Positions 55,601 to 64,000 of a stretch of 64,000 bases of DNA are shown piece after piece. Under the pieces are notes generated by a model. That model ran no database searches and had not been told where the DNA came from. It worked only from the letters and a program-made list of their open reading frames with translations. The DNA comes from Orbicella franksi (lineage: Eukaryota): assembly GCA_964199315.1 (NCBI GenBank), contig OZ116700.1:13764001-13828000 (forward strand), in the 5' to 3' direction. A program made the position numbers and the translations under genes. Each line of letters starts with the position of its first letter. Position 1 is the stretch's first letter.

Positions 55601-56969
55601 GTGAAGAAGATATTAGATAGCAGATGTATGATTGAGGGATATGTTAAGGGTTTCAATAAACAAATACGAAAGTAAAATAAAATGTAACCGTTGAAACAAT
55701 CACGCGAGTGAGGGATTTTTTGCCTGTTATTTTAAAGTTAACCCTCTTCCATTTCTGTCATGTTGTTCATTAGACCTTGGCTAAAGTTTGCAACACTTCG
55801 CAAACGAGGAAAAATACACGAAAAGTCGTTTTGTCATGCCGTCGGGCGCCATTTTGTTCATTAAATAAAACCTATGAGGGATTCCAAAATTCATCACGAC
55901 TCCAAAGTTAAATAATTTCCATAAAACCTGAATTCATGACGCCGTTTTTAAGGCGGGAAATCATATAACATCTGATTCCCATAGAAAAACTGTATATCTG
56001 AAGTATCTGTACCTTGAACGTTAGAGGCAAAACTGTAAAAAACCCCTTGTTTTTAAAGCTTACACTTTCAGAAAGTAATTATGCTTTCGTCCCAAAGAAA
56101 AATTAAAAAATTAAGCTGGTCTGTTCCTAATTAAGACTACCCGAAGTGAATATTTCAAGAAATACTTGATTTTTTAGTACAGACAGGAGCCGATTTTTCA
56201 GGTGTGTGTAAACCAGAGGGAGACTTGTGCAGGTACATGTACGGCAGTATCTCACGAGAAGACATTAAATGAATATCTTATTCCATGCCTCTCTTGGGCA
56301 GATAATATTGTGATATTCTACCCTGGGTAAAAAGAGTTTCATTGCAGTAAACAAAAATCCTGCTGTAATTTTGGCAACAATCATTTTTTTTTTCAGAGAA
56401 ATAGTGTAATATTCTAACCTAGGTTTTGTTAATCATGACATTGTAATAAGTTATGGAGAATCGCTCTGGCCTGGGGCAAGCCTAAGACCAGGCAAGAATA
56501 GAAGTGAATAGCTAGATCAAGCCCGAATCACTCGTTGGGTGGAAGGGTGGGTCACCAAACTGTTGGCTTTCGCGCCCTCGAGTTGAGTGATGGAGTAATA
56601 CACGTGGAAATTATTTTATACTGTCATTTACATAATCCAAAGAGTTTCAATTACCAATGTAAATTGAGTTTGCATAGTGTCGGCTAGACTGGTAAAACCT
56701 CGACTTTTTTAATAAACTGGAAAAGCTTGTTGACGTATCGGGTGGGTATATCCCCCTTCGTCTGGTTTCATCGATTTTCGAACCCCATAAAGAGCTGTTT
56801 ATGGAATTTTTTTGGGGGAGGGGGTGGGGAAGGGATATCACTCATGGTTCCAACTTCGTGCAAAAAGAGTTTCTTGTATTTTGTTGCCGTTACGTTTTGC
56901 TTTTCAGGTTTTTCGGATGCCTTAAACTGGCTTTATGTAGACAGCCGAATTCGAGAATTAGGATCATTT

Positions 56970-57953
56970 GGGACGCGTTCCATTCGACCAAAATTTCCAG
57001 AAATTCCGGTTCAAAATCGAATGGAACAGAAAGATTCTGGATACTCGTTTAAAATATTTTGGTCAAATATTTTGGAAATTCCGGAAACTTCCTGTTCCTT
57101 TCGGCATTTCTACCTGGTACGAATCGGCCCCAGTTCCTCTAGTCGTGAAAAGCCACAAGATTGCGTCGAGTCGACACTACCCTGGATGCAAAACGATCTG
57201 CCACAGTTCGAGCCTTTTATTGATTGCCTATCCTCCACAAAAACGTTAGGATCTGCTTTTCTAGAAAATTGTGGACTGGTCGTTCCGAATTTCCTGTGGG
57301 CATTTGCCCGGTTTGCATAATCCCCCGCGAGAAACGTTCGCGAGAAAAGTTTCTTATCTCACGAAAATAGTTCTTGAGTCGGTCAGGTAAATATCTCGGA
57401 AGAGTTTACTTAAAATAATCGTGAATAGCCGTTTTTATACTAGAGGACGCATCATTCGTCCAGAAGGATAATGCGTCCTCGCCGTTTTTATACTAAAGAC
57501 GCATTATCCGTGTGGACGAACTTGGGCAAAAATTTGTAGCTCGTCTGGTTATGCGTCCCTAGTATAAAGACGGGCACAAGACGTATTATGCGTCTAGACA
57601 AACTCTACTTCAGAATTCGTCTTGAACGACGAACTAGGAGAAATAGTCTTTATACTAGAGACGCGTAACCAGGCGAACTACAAATGTTTGCCCAAGTTCG
57701 TCCAGACGGATAATGGGTCTTTAGTATAAAAACGGCCAATGTGCGTTAAATTTCTTCGCATCAAGAAGCTTACTGCACTTAAGACAGCCAGTTCAACATT
57801 ATCCTTCAGCATTTTGTCGAGTAAATCTTGGCGGGAAATGTGCACAAGCGGGAATAGAACGAGATCGGTCCGGTGGTGAAAAATACCGTCCCATTCGACA
57901 TGCGAAAATTTCGGTAATTCAAACCACAATTTTTGGTCGAATGGAATGCGCCC
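56970..57953. mobile_element. About 1-kb MITE with 24-bp TIRs, containing a nested foldback; source of the overlapping ORFs at 56727-57320
   Basis: gggacgcgttccattcgaccaaaa versus ttttggtcgaatggaatgcgccc. Confidence 0.8.
57428..57736. repeat. Foldback element: 91-bp inverted arms plus an upstream terminal duplicate
   Basis: 57481-57571 is the near-perfect reverse complement of 57646-57736. 57428-57480 repeats the gccgtttttatacta end and contains the hairpin gaggacgcat...atgcgtcctc. Confidence 0.9.
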
Positions 57954-59293
57954 TCGTTTACGATATTCTGATTGGCTGTCCTCTTGTTACGTAATTGTTT
58001 TGATAGTCAGAGGAACTAGGGGACGTTTCGAGTAATCGTTTATCAAGCACCGGATGAGTTCGTTTCGTCTTAGCTTTCACTTTTCTGTTTCCGGTTTAGT
58101 AAGTAAAGACTTTATTTAAAGAGGGTAGCACTAAAATAGTATAAAAATGCTAACAAACCAGTGGCCCTCTAAAAATTATGTACAATACGGATGTTAAAAC
58201 TATGGCATAACTATGAGATAATACAACGAATAAAAATACAAGAGATAAGAGATAAAATCAATTAAAAGTACTTATTGTTTAGCAATAAGCACTGGGAACA
58301 AAATGAACGCCAACGGGGAGCAGTACCTTGCAGTCCTAATTTACGCCATTTTCTGCCTCGTAACTCTAACTGGTAAGGTTATTTTTTGAGTTGCTGTGTG
58401 TTTTATAGAACCTCATTGCTATGTTCGTCTACATTGTGATACGCAACTTCCCGGGTGACTTGCCTGCACTTGTCGATGCGTGGCAACTTCAGTTCAGGAC
58501 GGATCTTACAACGTTTTTCAACAAGTAATCATACAGCAATCGTAAAAGTTTCGTCTCCCTTTGCAAAAAAATTTTACCGTTTCAACTGACCGTTTGGATG
58601 AGCACATTACGTGAAAAGGCACATGTTCACAAGTGATATAAACCGTTTCTTCAATTCTTGTCTTCTATAACATATTCCCACCCCGATCAGGTCTCTTTAT
58701 ATTTTTCTGGAGTTACATGTTGTAGCTAATTATTTCTTTTGGCTTAAGTTATCGGTAGATAGTTTTATACTCGAACGTTAGGGTGCAAAGTAATGGAGAA
58801 ATATTGCTTGGACGAGGCTCAAATACACGTTTGCCTGCTCGTACGTTATGTCACGCTTCCACGTATCGCGTGACGGGTCCTAGTCAAGTTTTACTAATAA
58901 GCACTCGGGGCTTTTACTAATATTTGTTTTCGTGTGTTTAACAGTAGTACAAGTAATAATGTATATAGCAAGCAATTCTGCGATAATTTTAACCATTCAG
59001 TTTTTATAGTTCCTTTTTCCTCTCTCATATTTTCTTCCGTTCAATTTTGTTCCAAGTTTGTTCCTTCATTCTTCCTCAGACTTATAATTCGCTTGCGCGT
59101 GATTGGGCTAAACGCATCACGTGACTGAACATGTCCCAGCTAAAAATGGGGAATATCCGAGTGATATTCGCCAATGCCAAAAGAGCCCGCGTATTGCAAA
59201 TAATGTATTGGCATTATCGGACAATCTGGTCCATAATTTTAGCGTGTCTTAGCAAACAATATTGTGTGTTTGCAAATAATATTCGAAGGATAA

Positions 59294-59483
59294 TAAACAC
59301 AATAGCCTCCATTTGGTGTTAAAAATGTGCTTAGAAATTTCTCCTTGGACATTATCTGTTCCTTGAAGCTTGCAGTTTTCCTTGAGCTTTGCTCTTGGAA
59401 AACTATTTGCTTCCTGGAACAGATAATGTCTGCGGACAAACATCCGAACATATTTTTGTGTCAAATGGAGGGTACTGTTTATA
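59294..59483. repeat. Degenerate palindromic (foldback/MITE-like) repeat
   Basis: cctccatttg...gacattatctgttcc is mirrored by ggaacagataatgtc...caaatggagg. Confidence 0.7.
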
Positions 59484-60264
59484 TACACCTTAGGTCTTGT
59501 ATGTTCGAGAACACACACGTATTTACTTAGTTTGGGTGGAAAATATCATAATATTTAATTATGCACAGCAAAATTGGTGCCTTTATTAATTTGGTCATCA
59601 GTCAACAGCAAAGAAGGAATACCTTAGAAACTTGAATAAACACCATGTTAGGTTCCCCGAAGGGTACATAAAGCTATCTGCCAGATAAATCACTATCCTG
59701 TGGATTAAAGCATTGGCAAAACAAACTACACTATCCACTGGATAGTGTTACACACCCTTTGAACAATTTGAGCCCCAGATACACATTAAAAAAAAACTTC
59801 TTACGGGTGTAGCTTCCACTTAGTGTCACCCTTAGCCTCATGTAGGCATTTAATTAGATGGAGCGCAGGGAAAAAGGTAGCAAAAACAAATATAGGGGAG
59901 AAGCGTGATGCGGGCAGGTGATTTCGCTCCCTGCACCAAGCCCCTCTCTTTCTTCATGCTGCACCCCAACTAACTGAATGCCTGGAAGAGGCTATGTCAC
60001 CCTTGAATAAGTAAGCATTTTATTGCTGGTCAATAGTTCGAAAATCTTGAGCTCAAGAGTACTACTTATTTGAAAAGACTTATGCAACAATGCAGCTACT
60101 TGACTCTGGGTGGGAGAGCTACTTTGACATTTTATACTCAGTATTGCTTGGTCTTTTCTTGAATAAAATGGGGCCTTTATTCAAAAATGTTTCTTAGTAA
60201 GTCTTAAATAAAGTATACTAGCATGCTGCCGCCAAATACATTCTAAGCTCAAAAAAGTGCTTCC

Positions 60265-60290
60265 AAAAAAAAAAAAAAAAAAAAAAAAAA
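60265..60290. repeat. A26 homopolymer
   Basis: Direct read. Confidence 0.9.
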
Positions 60291-60844
60291 GTTCTGTGAC
60301 ACTTTTTCAACTAAATATTGTAATTTATATCATTGCTTCAATATTTGCATTGGCTAACTGTTTGGCTAAGTAGTAGCTGTTTTTAGCTTGTAGCTAGCCT
60401 GGGACATAGAAAAAAATTATCAATCCCTCACAAGATGACTCTGCACACAGGTCAATGCATATGCCCCATAGCACTGAGCTATGGGGCACAAGTAGGGACA
60501 AGGTGTAGGAAAACTACCATTTTTGGTAAAATTAGGTAACAAGCTCTGCTGTTCTCAAGGATGGCTCACTTGCAAATGTGCTACTTTTTCATCTGTAACA
60601 TAATTATATAAATTGTAATTTTACAACACCCTTATAAGTTTGATTCTTTTGGGGTAGTAAATATGACCTGAAATACTAGTCATTATGTAACGAATTCTTA
60701 GGCAAAGTTGGTTTAATTTAATTTGATTTAATTTAATTTATCACACTGATCAGGTCCTGTATTCTTGTTACCCTCTTTTGTTATTTGTTGTAGTATGAGG
60801 CAACGAGAGTTTTTGAATTAATCACCTCTAGTGTCATCCTCGGT

Positions 60845-61123
60845 GGACTCCCATAGAAAAAGGATGGGGGTGCTTGTCGGAACTTTTGTAAAGAACCCCT
60901 AAGAGCTACCAAGATCATATTTTGTGGGTTTGGCTTGAATTTTTTTCACCCCTAAGAGGTACCAACACACATTATCTCCTGTCATATTTTGTTCAGCTCA
61001 ATACCTTAAAAGATACCGCAAAAGCTCCCTTTTGAGGGTAAACACGCTAACAGGTACCAAAACTACTTTTTTAAGCCCTAAAGGATACGACGAGCACCCC
61101 CGTCCTTTTTACATGGGAGGCCC
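60845..61123. mobile_element. MITE with about 35-bp TIRs
   Basis: ggactcccatagaaaaaggatgggggtgcttgtcg versus cgacgagcacccccgtcctttttacatgggaggccc. Confidence 0.8.
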
Positions 61124-64000
61124 CTCCCGTAGCGTCATTCCTCTATGCCAGAGTTTTTGGGAATTGCTCAGCAGAGCAGAGGAGTAACGAAATAAGGGAT
61201 AAGGGGTTGGGTCTGGGTGTTCCTTTGTTAAGAAATATTGTTTGGTATTTTAAAGGGTACATTTTCTTTGAATGTGTGTAAAAGATAAAATGACTGTTCA
61301 GTTTTCTTACACGGTATGGCTTGCTGCTGTTTGGAATAGCCAAAAGATTAAATAATTGAAGAATATTGTAGAAGTAGCTTGATGAAAGCACAGCAGCAGA
61401 TCCAAGTTAGAGGCTAGAATCTTTTAAGTTAAAAAGTGATGCCCGAAGGGCCAAAAAATTCCTGCAAGGTGCCTTCGAGACCAGGCTTCATCTTGTGTGT
61501 TAAATCTTGTGTTGAATCTGGGATCAGCCACTAAAGTGTGGTCATAGCTCATGGCTATTGTGTTTTTATGATAGGTCCTTAACTCTTATATGTGCGTGCT
61601 CATCCCTCGCATATTTTAGTGGGTACTGGCAAGTCATCGAGCGTCACAGCCTGAGAGAGTTGTATGAGCATTTTCTAGTCATGCTATGTTAAGATCAAGC
61701 CTGTAATCTAACTCACCTTTTAACAAGCTGTTAAAACTTAATATATACATTTATTTTCTCAGGGGATCTTGATTAATTTAGGCTTCAAACAAAAGGCAGG
61801 AGCGGGGAGGGCTTGGTTGAAACCCTAGTGCATGCAATCATTGCATTTAGCATGAAAGTGTCTTAATAAGAATCATTTCATTTATCTCTTTTAAATTATT
61901 CTGCATCCTCCACTGAAAGTGTTATTACTTTTGCTTAGATGACCCCTACATGTACTTTATACCTGTATTGATACTGAAAACTTATTCTATAACAATTTGC
62001 CTCAGTTAACAATGGGTAGTTATCCATCCATCAAGGTTTTATAACTGGTAATTAGATGGGCAGTGATAAAATTGATAAAAGACATTTAGTTTTCAGTAAT
62101 AAAGTGTAGTGTCACTTCAACACTTGAATGAATCATTTGAGGAAATTGCTGTTCTTATTTCTTAAAGCCCAGTTTGGATATAGCAAACTTCCCCCTTCCC
62201 CTCAAAAGAGTTACACTAGCCTCCCCTTAATTTTCCTAACTAAACGTTCCCTAATTCAAGTATTACATGTAAGTGCAACCAGTTTTGAATTTTTATAATT
62301 GTCATACTGAATCCTATATTTAAAGTTTTGTTCACCTTACTTTGGGTTTTTCGTGTGTGGCGGAATACGTGGACGGCCAGAAGGTAAACGCTGTCATAAT
62401 AGAGGCTTGATCTGGTCAGTATACATGTGCAGCTCAAAGAGGCTCAAAAGGGTTTTTAGCCTTGGTGTGGAACTTTTAAAATTAAAACTCGCTTGGCAGA
62501 CAACCTCCTACACCATTCTGGTAGCGTACGATGATATCTTTATTGCTTCCTCATTGCAAGCGACGGTAGCGTGAGAAAGAAGACTAGCCATAAAATGTCG
62601 AGGTATATTAAGGATTGCTACCTTACGGGAATGCTACAGTAATCTCTGAACTGGCTTTTTTAATGATTGAACAAAAAAAATCAGAAGATTTAAGTGTTAT
62701 GCACTGACTTAGCTTGATGGTAGATTACCGACATCATGCTCATTTAGAGTAAACAAATAGTGAAAAAATGATTAGCATTGGTGTAATTCTATTGTCATTG
62801 CTATTGGTATCCTTTAACAAATTCAGTTCCAACCACACCTTATTGTTTGCAGGTGTTTTAACCAACGGAGCTGACCTATACGTCTCCCGCAAGTCAGGTA
62901 ACGACAACTGGCCATGTGACCTATCTTCTCCATGCGAAACCATTTTGCGGGCCGTGAACTTGGCATCGTCTGAAGATCACATTTACTTGGATGGGGCCAA
63001 TACTAACAAAAATCCTTACACCTGTCACGTAACGCAACCACATATGGGGACTTTATACATTAATAAGAGCCTGACATTTGTACGATTCGGCTCTATCCCT
63101 CAGATTAGATGTTTAAACTGGACAATCTTTGATGGATCAAATAACGGTTTGGAGGTAAATGTGACTTTGTCAGAATTATTGATCAATGACACTGTTGTTA
63201 CTTTTCGAGATTCGTCAGCCGTAGTAGATGGTTGCGAATTTGTTGGGAACAAACAGCGCATTGTTTTTACGGTGGCAAATAAGAGTTTCGTATGCATCCG
63301 AATTTGGAATTCATTGTTTCGGAAAAACAGCAGTGGTCTCTCAGTTGCTGTCGGCAGCACTGAAAGGAGAACCAAGAGCCATGTTGTTCTGGACGTCAAA
63401 GACACAATATTCAGAGATACGTTTGTAGTTTCAGAAGTTGAGATTGGAAATTTGATCAAGATCCAAAGCAGCTATTCGGTGGGCTTTGATCTCAGACTAG
63501 ACAACGTAACATTTTCAAACAACCTTGTTTCTCGGATGGGTCTGGTTTACGTAAATGTGATGACTAGCAATCTGAACATATTTCTCAAGGATGTTTTTGT
63601 CACTGGAAACAACCATTTGTGCTCTTTTGGAGATTGCACTGAGCTTATCATAGAAAGCAACAATGTGAGCGCAATTATCAGTAGAGCTTTTTTCTTGGGG
63701 CTTAGTGGAAGAGCCCTCAGTATCACTGCAACAAACCTGTAAGCACAGGTTTATAACTCGTCATTTTTAGGGTATGGGGTAAATGGAGATGGTGGTGCAT
63801 TGTTGGTGTCAGCAACTATCCTTGCAAATGTTTCAGCCATCAATTCATCGTTTGTAACAACGGCAGCGTATGGGGCATCAAAAGGTGGTGCCGTTTTGTA
63901 TAGTGTCCTAACTTGACAGTCACATTTCACAGGTGCGTTTTCGAGGAGAACGAGGCGGTGAAGGTGCTGTTTCAATAAGTGCGTTTAGACAATTACCAAT

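Larger units (their letters stand above)
58303..64000 (+). pseudogene. Secreted right-handed beta-helix (pectin-lyase fold, Pmp-repeat-like) gene, apparently disrupted and 3'-incomplete
   Basis: Signal exon 58303-58372 (MNANGEQYLAVLIYAIFCLVTLT-G|gtaagg) splices in phase 1 to 62853. N-terminal YVSRKSGND..C...PC.TI.RAV motif followed by beta-strand repeats. In-frame TAA at 63740-63742, after which the frame continues with GGAL and GGAV repeats, then two apparent frameshifts near 63913 and 63960. Confidence 0.72.

Noticed and set aside
56727-57320. 197-aa ORF and overlapping frames
   Set aside because: Mostly within a MITE, no transposase motifs, atypical composition.

Overview
AT-rich, intron-containing animal genomic DNA; gene content and repeat landscape suggest a cnidarian, probably a stony coral (inference). 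I found no rRNA, tRNA or CRISPR array. Most ORF-track entries are intron or repeat noise, so genes were rebuilt by hand from GT-AG junctions and phase continuity. In order: (1) the 3' nine coding exons of HDAC8 (+, 765-4967); (2) a complete six-exon SPATS1-like gene (-, 13186-7454, 261 aa), of which the ORF track shows only one exon; (3) STK40 pseudokinase (+, 13544-21020, 458 aa), head-to-head with SPATS1-like; (4) a tandem pair of type I membrane genes with signal peptide, SUEL/Gal_lectin domain, Ser/Thr mucin stalk, TM helix and signalling tail, resembling the EVA-1/FAM176 family (A 27195-35200, 426 aa; B 44570-52112, 998 aa); (5) a disrupted secreted beta-helix (Pmp-repeat-like) gene running off the right edge (58303->64000). 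MITEs, SINEs and foldbacks fill the rest, several nested in one another. The most interesting system is the EVA-1-like pair: same exon architecture, reciprocally altered sugar-binding motifs, overlapping uORFs, candidate alternative first and last exons, different C-terminal motifs, and a downstream orphan exon that resembles an amidated-peptide precursor. Comparisons with human or other proteins are from memory and need confirming by alignment.
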